A stretch of 35,117 nt of DNA, taken from an uncultured Rhodobacterales bacterium. GTDB lineage: Bacteria; Pseudomonadota; Alphaproteobacteria; Puniceispirillales; GCA-002684695. Below, in pieces: positions 26,637 through 35,113 of the stretch (its first letter is position 1; each line of letters starts with the position of its first letter). A model generated the notes under the pieces. The model saw nothing but the letters and a program-made list of their open reading frames with translations, had not been told where the DNA came from and did no database searches. The position numbers and the translations under genes are program-made. The stretch covers positions 1 through 35,117 of the forward strand of contig CAZCWO010000006.1 in assembly GCA_964502335.1 (NCBI GenBank), written 5' to 3'.

Positions 26637-26662
26637 ATATTGTTTTCACTTAATGAGCTAGA

Positions 26663-26848
26663 TTAAGTCCTTACATTTAAATCTGGCTTTAATAATCTTT
26701 TTCTAATGATTTTTGAGTTTTTCAAACCTAAATCAGAAGCTATTTTAGGCATTATAACCACTTTTGCTTGGGCTTGAGCCATTTCAGATTCAACTTTGAG
26801 ATAACTTTCCCAAAGATTTGAGTTCTCAAAATAATGATTACATTTTTT
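26663..26848 (-). pseudogene. Possible relic of the N-terminus of an adenylosuccinate-lyase/fumarate-lyase superfamily gene, or a 39-aa upstream ORF
   Basis: Open minus-strand frame bounded by TAA (26851..26849) and TAA (26665..26663). Sequence: KKCNHYFENSNLWESYLKVESEMAQAQAKVVIMPKIASDLGLKNSKIIRKRLLKPDLNVRT. The first ATG is at 26782. By eye the stretch NLWESYLKVE...A.A.AK..IMPK resembles the N-terminal helix pair of PurB/PcaB-type lyases (pattern F.AWL.VE..LA.A.A.LG.IP). It accounts for only ~60 of ~430 expected codons. Confidence 0.3.
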
Positions 26849-26971
26849 TTATCCAAAATAGACAACAATTATATTAAATCTTTTTTAAATATAATACTTT
26901 ATTTTTATATTTTGTAATATACAAATAATTATCAAAAAATCATATGATATAAAAAACATTAAAGGAAATTT

Positions 26972-27811
26972 ATGAAATTTTCAGGAACTGAAGATTATAT
27001 TTCAACTAAGGAATTAACGATTGCTGTTAATGCTGCAATAACTTTAGAAAGACCTTTGTTGGTAAAAGGGGAACCAGGAACGGGAAAAACAGAACTTGCT
27101 AAACAAGTAGCGATTGCACTTGGGTTAGAAATTATTGATTGGTCAATCAAGTCTACAACAAAAGCCCAACAAGGATTATATGAATACGACGCTGTAAGTC
27201 GTTTAAGAGATAGTCAAATAGGTGGTAAAGATGTTTCAAATATTAATAATTACATAAAAAAAGGTAAAATATGGAACGCTTTTGAAAACGAGAAGAAGAC
27301 GGTTCTTCTCATTGACGAAATCGATAAAGCAGACATTGAGTTTCCTAATGACTTGCTTCAAGAATTAGATAAAATGGAGTTTTTTGTTTATGAAACAGGA
27401 GAAGTGATAAAATCCAAAAATCGTCCTATTGTAATAATCACCTCAAATAATGAAAAAGAACTTCCAGATGCTTTTTTAAGAAGGTGTTTTTTTCATTTTA
27501 TTCAATTTCCTGATCAAGTAACACTTACAAAAATTATTAAAGTACATTTTCCTAATATTAAGAAAACTCTTCTTGACAGATCTTTACAAAGATTTTTTGA
27601 AATTAGGGAAACACCTGGGTTGAAGAAGAAACCGTCAACTTCAGAAATATTAGATTGGCTTAAATTGCTTTTAGCTGAAGATATTGATCCTTCAGAACTA
27701 CAGAATGACAGCAAAGACTTATTGCCTAAATTGCATGGTGCTCTTCTTAAAAATGAACAAGATGTTCATTTATTTGAACGACTTGCTTTTATAGCTAGAG
27801 GCAACAATTAA
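26972..27811 (+). CDS. MoxR-like AAA+ ATPase
   Basis: Walker A LLVKGEPGTGKTELAK, Walker B VLLIDEIDKAD, sensor region IVIITSNNEKELPDAFLRRC. The 279-aa size is typical of the short MoxR/CoxD-like group. Confidence 0.85.
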   Translation: MKFSGTEDYISTKELTIAVNAAITLERPLLVKGEPGTGKTELAKQVAIALGLEIIDWSIKSTTKAQQGLYEYDAVSRLRDSQIGGKDVSNINNYIKKGKIWNAFENEKKTVLLIDEIDKADIEFPNDLLQELDKMEFFVYETGEVIKSKNRPIVIITSNNEKELPDAFLRRCFFHFIQFPDQVTLTKIIKVHFPNIKKTLLDRSLQRFFEIRETPGLKKKPSTSEILDWLKLLLAEDIDPSELQNDSKDLLPKLHGALLKNEQDVHLFERLAFIARGNN

Positions 27812-27820
27812 ATATTTATT

Positions 27821-29008
27821 ATGTTCCTAAATTTATTTTTAACTATGAGACAATACCGTATCCCAGTTAGTATACGAGAGTATTTATCTCTTTTAGAATG
27901 CTTAAGCAACGATGTAATTTCTTATAAAGTTGAAGAATTTTATTTTTTATCGCGTTCAGTATTAATTAAAAATGAAAAACATATAGATAGATTTGATAAA
28001 GTTTTTTCAAACGTATTCAAAGGAATTGAAAACATAACCATTGATGATATTTTTAATAATATTGAAATTCCAAAAGAGTGGATAAGAAAGCTTTCTGAAA
28101 AGTTATTAACTAAAAGTGAACTTGAAGAAGTAAAATCCCTTGGAGGATTTGAAAAATTAATGGAAACACTGAAACAACGTTTGTCTGAACAGGAAAAAAG
28201 ACATCAAGGTGGAAGTAAATGGATTGGAACTGCCGGAACCTCACCATTTGGTGCCTATGGATACAATCCTGAAGGAGTTAGAATTGGTCAAAATGAAAGT
28301 AGACATAAAAAGGCTGTAAAAGTTTGGGACAAGAGAGAATTTAAAAATTTTGATGACAAAGCTGTATTAGGTACTAGATCTATGAAAATAGCTTTAAAGA
28401 GGCTGAGGCAATGGGCTAGAAACGGCCTAGAGGAGGAAATTGATATAGAGGGAACTATCGTTTCTACAGCTAAAAACGGTTATTTAGATGTCAAAACTCA
28501 ACCTGAAAAAAACAATGTCATTAAAGTTTTATTATTTTTAGATGTCGGAGGGTCAATGGACTCCTATATTCAAAAAGTTGAAGAACTGTTTTCTGCCTCA
28601 AGGAGTGCTTTTAAACATTTAGAGTATTTTTATTTCCATAACTGTTTATATGAGGGGGTCTGGAAGGATAACCATAGAAGATGGTCGGATCAAATACCAA
28701 CAATGGAAATTCTAAATAAGTATGGAAATGATTATAAATGTATTTTTGTTGGAGACGCCTCGATGAGCCCATATGAAATTTTATATCCAGGAGGAGGTAA
28801 TGAACATTTTAATAAGGAAACTGGTAAATTATGGCTTGAAAGAGCTTTAAGTCATTGGACATCTCACATTTGGATTAATCCAGTTGCCAGAAAATACTGG
28901 AATTATACTCAATCAATTCAAATTATTAATGATATCTTTATGGAGAAAATGTTTCCTTTAAGTTTGCAAGGATTAGAAAATGGAATGAAGTCTTTAAGTG
29001 CAAAATAA
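27821..29008 (+). CDS. VWA-domain protein (CoxE-like partner of the MoxR ATPase)
   Basis: Lies 9 nt downstream of the ATPase gene. The C-terminal VWA fold has a MIDAS-like KVLLFLDVGGSMDS (DxGxS rather than DxSxS) and later CIFVGDASMSP. The N-terminal helical region is as in CoxE-like proteins. Confidence 0.75.
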   Translation: MFLNLFLTMRQYRIPVSIREYLSLLECLSNDVISYKVEEFYFLSRSVLIKNEKHIDRFDKVFSNVFKGIENITIDDIFNNIEIPKEWIRKLSEKLLTKSELEEVKSLGGFEKLMETLKQRLSEQEKRHQGGSKWIGTAGTSPFGAYGYNPEGVRIGQNESRHKKAVKVWDKREFKNFDDKAVLGTRSMKIALKRLRQWARNGLEEEIDIEGTIVSTAKNGYLDVKTQPEKNNVIKVLLFLDVGGSMDSYIQKVEELFSASRSAFKHLEYFYFHNCLYEGVWKDNHRRWSDQIPTMEILNKYGNDYKCIFVGDASMSPYEILYPGGGNEHFNKETGKLWLERALSHWTSHIWINPVARKYWNYTQSIQIINDIFMEKMFPLSLQGLENGMKSLSAK

Positions 29009-29009
29009 A

Positions 29010-30341
29010 TTAAACGCTTATAAGTTTAGATATAGAAAAATTGTCTTCAAAAGATAAATTTAATAGGTAATTAAGTTGTTCTTTTGATCCCCCACAAGAT
29101 AAAAATTTTTCAATGACTTCCTCTTTATGCATTGGAAGAACCGATCCTCCTAGTACGTTTTTTATTTGTTTTTCTATTGTTTGATTATTTTGCAAAGTAA
29201 CTTTTACCATATCAGGGTTTTTGGGGCACATGTCATTAAGGCCTTTACTTGTTTTATAAGGAATTACCTTAGTTAATTTAATAAGTTTTTCTGTCTTGCT
29301 CCCTTTGAAGCCATTTAAATCAAAGCTATTTGGATAAATATTTCCTTCAATTAACGTTTTTGAAACACAGTAAGGCAAACTAAATCTTGCCTCTTGTTCT
29401 TTAGTTGGTTTTAAAAAATGTGATACCCTAAAATATGGCTCGGGAATGGTTATCTCTATTTTCTTTATATCATTAAGTATATAGTGATGGTTTTCATATA
29501 TATATTTTGCTGCCATTATGGACCTATGAGTGTAAGAGCATGATGGCCATGGTTTTCTATATGTAGGATTAGTTAAAATCGCCGGAGTTATTGGGTCAAT
29601 TGAATTATTGTCTATATCTTTATTTGCACTGTACATAGAAAGCATTCCATATTTACCATCTAAAAATTCATGATTTCCATTCACTCCATTATTAGCTAAT
29701 GCAGCTGCTTCAATGCCTGCCTTAGCGGCCAATCCACAGTGAAGAGCCTTAACATCAGTACCAAATTGTTTTTTCATACCTGCCGACATAGAGCTAGCAA
29801 TTGACAAAGAATTATCAAAATTACATTCATTACCTTCTAATAAATAAGAGCAGGAAATTGCTGCGCTCAAAGAGCCTATCGTAGAAGTTGAATGCCATCC
29901 TGAATCATAGTGATCATATGCTAGTTTTAGACCCAATAATGTAAGTGTTTGATAACCCAATATGTATGCATCAATTAAATTTTTGAATTTATATTTACGA
30001 GCAAGTGACATGGCGGAGATTGCAGAAATTAAAGGTCCGCTCGGATGAGTTGTCCCAGATATTTCATAATCATCAAAATCTAATGAGTGTATCGCTGTGC
30101 CAAAGTAAACTGCAAATCCAGACGCCGACATAATATTAAGCTTTGATTTTTTAATCTCTTTTAAATTATATGCATTATAAACATTTTTAGATTTAATATT
30201 TTTTTTTCCTTCAATTAAACAGGCAAAACTGTCCAAAAAATTTAATTTATACTCATTATAAATATCATCATTTAACTTATTGATATTATTTAAAAAAATA
30301 ATAATATCATTTAAAAAATTGATCGTTTGATTTTCCTTCAT
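29010..30341 (-). CDS. MmgE/PrpD family protein (2-methylcitrate dehydratase-like fold)
   Basis: 443 aa. Family-typical blocks: LDSFACLIEG, HSLDFDD, THPSGPLISA, DSGWHSTSTIGSLSAA, FGTDVKALHCGLAAKAG. Its start overlaps the upstream MaoC-like gene stop by 4 nt (ATGA). Confidence 0.8.
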   Translation of the reverse strand: MKENQTINFLNDIIIFLNNINKLNDDIYNEYKLNFLDSFACLIEGKKNIKSKNVYNAYNLKEIKKSKLNIMSASGFAVYFGTAIHSLDFDDYEISGTTHPSGPLISAISAMSLARKYKFKNLIDAYILGYQTLTLLGLKLAYDHYDSGWHSTSTIGSLSAAISCSYLLEGNECNFDNSLSIASSMSAGMKKQFGTDVKALHCGLAAKAGIEAAALANNGVNGNHEFLDGKYGMLSMYSANKDIDNNSIDPITPAILTNPTYRKPWPSCSYTHRSIMAAKYIYENHHYILNDIKKIEITIPEPYFRVSHFLKPTKEQEARFSLPYCVSKTLIEGNIYPNSFDLNGFKGSKTEKLIKLTKVIPYKTSKGLNDMCPKNPDMVKVTLQNNQTIEKQIKNVLGGSVLPMHKEEVIEKFLSCGGSKEQLNYLLNLSFEDNFSISKLISV

Positions 30342-31159
30342 TTAAACTCTACATTTGCTGTCATAGCCAGTTGATTATCAAAATTAGTAGCATGTAAATT
30401 TGTTATGTCTTCGGATGAGCTAAAAGTGATAACTTTGTTTACATACAAAGCTTGAAAGCCCTTAAAGGAAAAAGTTTTTATTGTTTTGTTTCTGGAAGCT
30501 ATCAGTGCCATTCTCATAGCTGTAAATGGTCCATGAACTAATATATCAGGATAGTTTTCTAATGCATTACAATGATTATAATCAAAATGAATTTTATGAC
30601 TGTTCCATGTGAGACAAGAAAATCTAAATAATTCAATATTTAATGGAGTCCATTTCTCTATGAAATTGTAATTTGGCTGAGGTTCAATTTGAAGTGAGAA
30701 GGGCAATTTCTTTGGATCATGACTTTTGTATACTATGGTCCTATGTTCTATAATTTTTCCGGACTTACTTTTCAAAGTTCTTTCTATAGTAACAAAAATT
30801 AAAGGTCCACTTTTACCTTGATTTTCTTCTATAGATGTAATTTTTGAAACTCTGGTAATATTTTCACCAATTTTAATATTACCTTCAAAAATAAAACTCC
30901 CTGAAGCCCACATTCTCTTAGAAAAATCACCAAATTTTTTTACGTCAGGAATAAAATGCCCTAATTTTTCATGACCTTCATTATCGAGAATATCTAATTG
31001 TGAGATATTATTAGCAAAAAATAAATGAAATAGTATGGGCAAATTATTATTTTTTATTTTTGTATTAATAAATGACAAGGCTTGTTTAATGCGAAGTTCA
31101 TCAATGACATCTTCACAAAACTCTTCACGTCCTATACAATCTTTGAGATTTTTATCCAT
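30338..31159 (-). CDS. MaoC-like double hot-dog (R)-hydratase/dehydratase family protein
   Basis: At 273 aa the size fits a fused N-terminal FAS1-like/MaoC_N domain plus a C-terminal MaoC hot-dog. The C-terminal block is WNSHKIHFDYNHCNALENYPDILVHGPFTAMRMAL. It is the first gene of a two-gene minus-strand unit with the PrpD-like gene. Confidence 0.65.
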   Translation of the reverse strand: MDKNLKDCIGREEFCEDVIDELRIKQALSFINTKIKNNNLPILFHLFFANNISQLDILDNEGHEKLGHFIPDVKKFGDFSKRMWASGSFIFEGNIKIGENITRVSKITSIEENQGKSGPLIFVTIERTLKSKSGKIIEHRTIVYKSHDPKKLPFSLQIEPQPNYNFIEKWTPLNIELFRFSCLTWNSHKIHFDYNHCNALENYPDILVHGPFTAMRMALIASRNKTIKTFSFKGFQALYVNKVITFSSSEDITNLHATNFDNQLAMTANVEFK

Positions 31160-31344
31160 GTTTAAAAAACTACGATTTTAATATGTTGTAATTAAATTTA
31201 TTAAAGCTAAATATTAAATTAAATCAATAGAATTGAATGCATATTAAATTATTCAATTAAAGTATGAAATTATATTACTTAACGTAGAATCTAATTTAAT
31301 TCTGGAGATTAATATATAAAATATCTGATTATTATATACAGCAG

Positions 31345-32511
31345 GTGAACTTTATGGAATATGCAGTTGATCATTTAGAAATTCGATATGCGGTGGCAAA
31401 ACTATGCTCAAAATTTTCTAGTAATTATTGGCAACATTGTGATCAAAACAATAATTATCCAAAGGAATTTGTTAAAGCTTTAACTGAAGCAGGATTTTTA
31501 TCTTCTTTGATTCCAAAAGAATATGGAGGTTTGGGATTATCTTTATCTGTTGGAGCTGCAATATTAGAAGAAATTCATATATCAGGTTGCAATGCAGCTG
31601 CTTGTCATGCGCAGATGTATACAATGGGCACATTATTAAGGTATGGATCAAAAGAGCAGAAAGAAGAATTTCTTCCAAGAATATCAGATGGATCACTTAG
31701 GTTGCAGGCCTTTGGTGTTACTGAACCATCAAGTGGAAGTGACACTTCTTCTTTAAGCTGTCGTGCTGTATTAAAAGATGATGTTTATTATATTAACGGA
31801 CAAAAAATTTGGACTAGCAGAGCGGAGCACTCTGATTTACTGCTACTACTAGCTAGAACAACTCCAAAAGATAAAATTACTAAAAAAACAGAAGGCTTGT
31901 CTGTATTTATAGTTGATATGAATAAAGCACCAAAAGGTTCAATATCAATAAAGCCTATTAGAACCATGATGAACCATTCATCCACTGAAATATTTTTTGA
32001 TAATTTGCCAGTCCCTAAAAGGAATTTGATTGGTCAAGAAGGGAAGGGATTTAAATATATACTTTCTGGTATGAATGCTGAGAGAATTTTAATTGCTGCT
32101 GAGTGTATTGGTGATGCCAAATGGTTTATTAATAAAGCTTCTAATTATTCAAGAGACAGGGTTGTTTTTGATAGACCTATTGGAAAAAATCAAGGAATTC
32201 AGTTTCCTATCGCACGATCATATAGTCAAATGAGAGCTGCTGAGTTAATGATGCATGAAGCCATACGATTATTTGATAATGGTGGAAATCCTGGTGAAGA
32301 AGCAAATTTAGCTAAATTACTTTCAGCGGACGCCCAATGGCTAGCTGCTGAAACTTGCCTGCAAACTCATGGTGGGTTTGGTTTTGCAGAAGAATATGAT
32401 GTAGAACGAAAGTACAGAGAAGCTAGGCTGTATCAAGTTGCTCCCATTTCAACTAATATGATTTTAAGCTACATTGCGGAACATGTTTTAAACCTCCCAC
32501 GTTCATATTAA
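31345..32511 (+). CDS. Acyl-CoA dehydrogenase family flavoprotein
   Basis: ACAD blocks: GVTEPSSGSDTSSL, INGQKIWTSRAEHSD, GMNAERILIAAECIG, FDRPIGKNQGIQFPIA, QTHGGFGFAEEYDVERKYREARLYQVAP. The more likely start is ATG 31354 (MEYAVDHLE), 8 nt after AGG, rather than GTG 31345. Confidence 0.85.
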   Translation: MNFMEYAVDHLEIRYAVAKLCSKFSSNYWQHCDQNNNYPKEFVKALTEAGFLSSLIPKEYGGLGLSLSVGAAILEEIHISGCNAAACHAQMYTMGTLLRYGSKEQKEEFLPRISDGSLRLQAFGVTEPSSGSDTSSLSCRAVLKDDVYYINGQKIWTSRAEHSDLLLLLARTTPKDKITKKTEGLSVFIVDMNKAPKGSISIKPIRTMMNHSSTEIFFDNLPVPKRNLIGQEGKGFKYILSGMNAERILIAAECIGDAKWFINKASNYSRDRVVFDRPIGKNQGIQFPIARSYSQMRAAELMMHEAIRLFDNGGNPGEEANLAKLLSADAQWLAAETCLQTHGGFGFAEEYDVERKYREARLYQVAPISTNMILSYIAEHVLNLPRSY

Positions 32512-32641
32512 ATTGAAAACTTTGAATTTCTAATAATAATATTAACAAATAATAAAATATCAAATTATTTTCTTCCAATTCGATTCTGATTAATTATTAA
32601 TTAATCCATAAATTTTAATGATAAATTTGATATAGGTAATT

Positions 32642-33859
32642 ATGCATCGAGAAATACTTAAAAATCGCTATACAATAAAAGCATTTGAAAACAAAGGAAA
32701 TAGACCAGTAGAAATTTCTCACCCGTTAAGCATGAAGCCGCATCCTTTATCTTATATGGAATTACCATTTGATCCTGAGTATTTTCTTTACAATAATAGA
32801 ATGTCTCCTGAAACATTGAACAACGCCACTCCGGATGAGCAATATTGGGCAGTCAGACAAAGTGTAATATTTAGAAATACAGGTGAATTTCCAGTCGAAA
32901 TATCAGGGCCAGATGCTGAAAAATTTGCAAATTTTATTTTTACTCGAGATGTAACAAAAATAAACCCTGGTAGGTGCTCATATCAATTTGCTTGCTACCA
33001 TGATGGAGGAATGATTACAGATGGTGTCATGCTTCACCTTAGACGAGATAAATTATGGATGGCGCAAGCAGATGGTGAATTGATGAAATGGTACTTGGCT
33101 TTTGCAAATAATTTTAATGTTTCAATAAAAGACCCCAATGTATTTGTAACCCAAGTTCAAGGTCCAAAGTCTATGAATGTACTTGAAGAGGTTATTGATG
33201 GAAATTTTCCTCATCCATGGAAGTATTTTGATATTGCTGAAGTTTCTGTAGTAGGGGAACCATTAATAATAACTCGTACAGGATTCACAAATGAGCTTGG
33301 TTGGGAGTTTTATTTACGACCTGACAATAATGCTGAAGCCATCGGCAATCATATAATGAATATTGGTAAAAAACATGGAATGATACTCGCTGGATCACCA
33401 GGATTTCGTGCACGCAGGATAGAGGCGGGTCTTTTGTCTGCTAATAATGATTTTACTAAAGATACTACACCTTTTGAGGTTGGTTTGGGTCGGTTTGTAG
33501 ATTTGGAAAAAGAGGATTTTATTGGCAAGGAGGCATTAAAGAGTTCAAATAAAAAAAATAAAGTTTGGGGTATAAAAGTTAGAAAAGGAATTGCTAAAAG
33601 AGGACGTACAATTTCTATAAATGGGGATTTAATTGGAACGGTAAGTTCTTCTACATGGTCACCTTATTTAAATTGTGGAGTGGGCATCGCTAGAATAGAT
33701 GAGGAAAGTATTGAAGCTGGTACGGAGGTAGAAGTATTAGGCTTAAGTGATAAATATTATAAAGCTCAAATATGTACTTTACCAATGTATGATGAAAAAG
33801 GATTAATTTTAAGAGGAATTGATAAAACCATCCCTAAAGAACCCAATCCATGGAAATGA
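32642..33859 (+). CDS. GcvT-family (aminomethyltransferase-fold) folate-dependent methyl/aminomethyl transferase
   Basis: GcvT-fold blocks: YWAVRQSVIFRNTGEFPVEISGPDAEKFANFIFTRDV, GGMITDGVMLHL, QVQGPKS, ITRTGFTNELGWEFY, FRARRIEAGLL, DFIGKEAL. The C-terminal barrel has VGIARID...GTEVEV. The substrate cannot be called from sequence. Confidence 0.8.
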   Translation: MHREILKNRYTIKAFENKGNRPVEISHPLSMKPHPLSYMELPFDPEYFLYNNRMSPETLNNATPDEQYWAVRQSVIFRNTGEFPVEISGPDAEKFANFIFTRDVTKINPGRCSYQFACYHDGGMITDGVMLHLRRDKLWMAQADGELMKWYLAFANNFNVSIKDPNVFVTQVQGPKSMNVLEEVIDGNFPHPWKYFDIAEVSVVGEPLIITRTGFTNELGWEFYLRPDNNAEAIGNHIMNIGKKHGMILAGSPGFRARRIEAGLLSANNDFTKDTTPFEVGLGRFVDLEKEDFIGKEALKSSNKKNKVWGIKVRKGIAKRGRTISINGDLIGTVSSSTWSPYLNCGVGIARIDEESIEAGTEVEVLGLSDKYYKAQICTLPMYDEKGLILRGIDKTIPKEPNPWK

Positions 33860-33937
33860 TAACCTTTAATTAAGTGCTCTTTTCAAAATTAACAATTTAA
33901 TTTACTTTTAAATTTATAATTATATGAATGAAACGAT

Positions 33938-35113
33938 ATGATAGAAAATGATAATTTAGAAAAACAATTAAAAAATTGTTTAAATGATCATGATCAATCA
34001 TACTCTATTCCTCCAATTTGCTATTCAGACGACAGAATAAATAGATTAGAAATAGATATTTTATTCAAACAGCAATGGATTTGTATAGGTCATGTAAATT
34101 TTCTAAAAAAACCAGGTGATTATTTAACTAAGGAAGTCACTGGCATTCCAATAGTGGTCATAAGAGATAAAACAAACACAATAAGGGTTTTTTCTAATTC
34201 TTGTAGACATAGAGGCGCACGTTTATTAGTTGGAAAAGGAAATACAAAAGGAATTATATGTCCTTTTCATAGTTGGTCTTACAATCTTAATGGTGATTTA
34301 TTAGGCGCTCCAAAAATGGATAGTGCTTTAAATTTTAATAAATGTGATTATGGTCTTAAGGAATTTAGGGCTGAGGAAAGGTTAGGGTTTTGTTTTTTAT
34401 GTTTTAATGAAGAACATATTGAACTTGATGAACAAATTGATAACTTTGTTGAAGTTCATTCTAAATGGCCAATGGATCATTTAGTTTCTACAAGAGAAAG
34501 GTCTTTTGAAGTAAGCTGTAATTGGAAAGCATTTTTAGAAGTTTTTAATGAATATTATCATTTACCCTTTGTACACCCAGAAACTATTGGTGATATTTAT
34601 CAACTGCCAGAGTTTCCAGATTCTACAAAAGGTTCATTTACTTCTCAATTTGGAAAAACTTCAGGAACAGGTGCACTGCTTGAAAAAGAACAAAAGTATG
34701 CATTACCTAAAATGATTGGCCTTCATAATGATGTAATTAACTCTGTTCGTTACACCTGGATATTTCCAAACTTTACATTTGCTATTGGTCAAGACGCTTT
34801 ATGGATTTATGAGGTTCACCCGATAGGCCCTAATAAATGTAAAGTAATTCAAACAACTTGTTTTCCTCAAACTACAACTAACTTGAAAAAATTTAAAAAC
34901 CTATCTAAGCAATACTATCACAGAATGGATGCTGCGATAGAGGAAGACATACCAGCACTTGAAAACCAGCAAGCTGGACTTAGATCTCCTTACGCAGTCC
35001 AAGGAAGGTTTTCACCTCTTATGGAAGCTAATGTTGCATCTTTTGCTAAATGGTATGCTAATAGACTGATAAATAGCAGTAATTTGACTTCTATTTCTCA
35101 AATACATATTTAA
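33938..35113 (+). CDS. Rieske [2Fe-2S] non-heme-iron oxygenase, alpha-subunit type
   Basis: Rieske motif CRHRGARL...(17 aa)...CPFHSW. Mononuclear iron motif in FLEVFNEYYHLPFVHP (H-x4-H). No beta subunit or reductase follows before the window ends. Confidence 0.85.
   Translation: MIENDNLEKQLKNCLNDHDQSYSIPPICYSDDRINRLEIDILFKQQWICIGHVNFLKKPGDYLTKEVTGIPIVVIRDKTNTIRVFSNSCRHRGARLLVGKGNTKGIICPFHSWSYNLNGDLLGAPKMDSALNFNKCDYGLKEFRAEERLGFCFLCFNEEHIELDEQIDNFVEVHSKWPMDHLVSTRERSFEVSCNWKAFLEVFNEYYHLPFVHPETIGDIYQLPEFPDSTKGSFTSQFGKTSGTGALLEKEQKYALPKMIGLHNDVINSVRYTWIFPNFTFAIGQDALWIYEVHPIGPNKCKVIQTTCFPQTTTNLKKFKNLSKQYYHRMDAAIEEDIPALENQQAGLRSPYAVQGRFSPLMEANVASFAKWYANRLINSSNLTSISQIHI

Noticed and set aside
16646-31985. 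Remaining short listed ORFs (16646..16837, 19132..19314, 23204..23401, 24806..25072, 27514..27714, 31472..31696, 31788..31985)
   Set aside because: All are embedded in confidently assigned genes in other frames or on the other strand. None has a plausible RBS or motifs.
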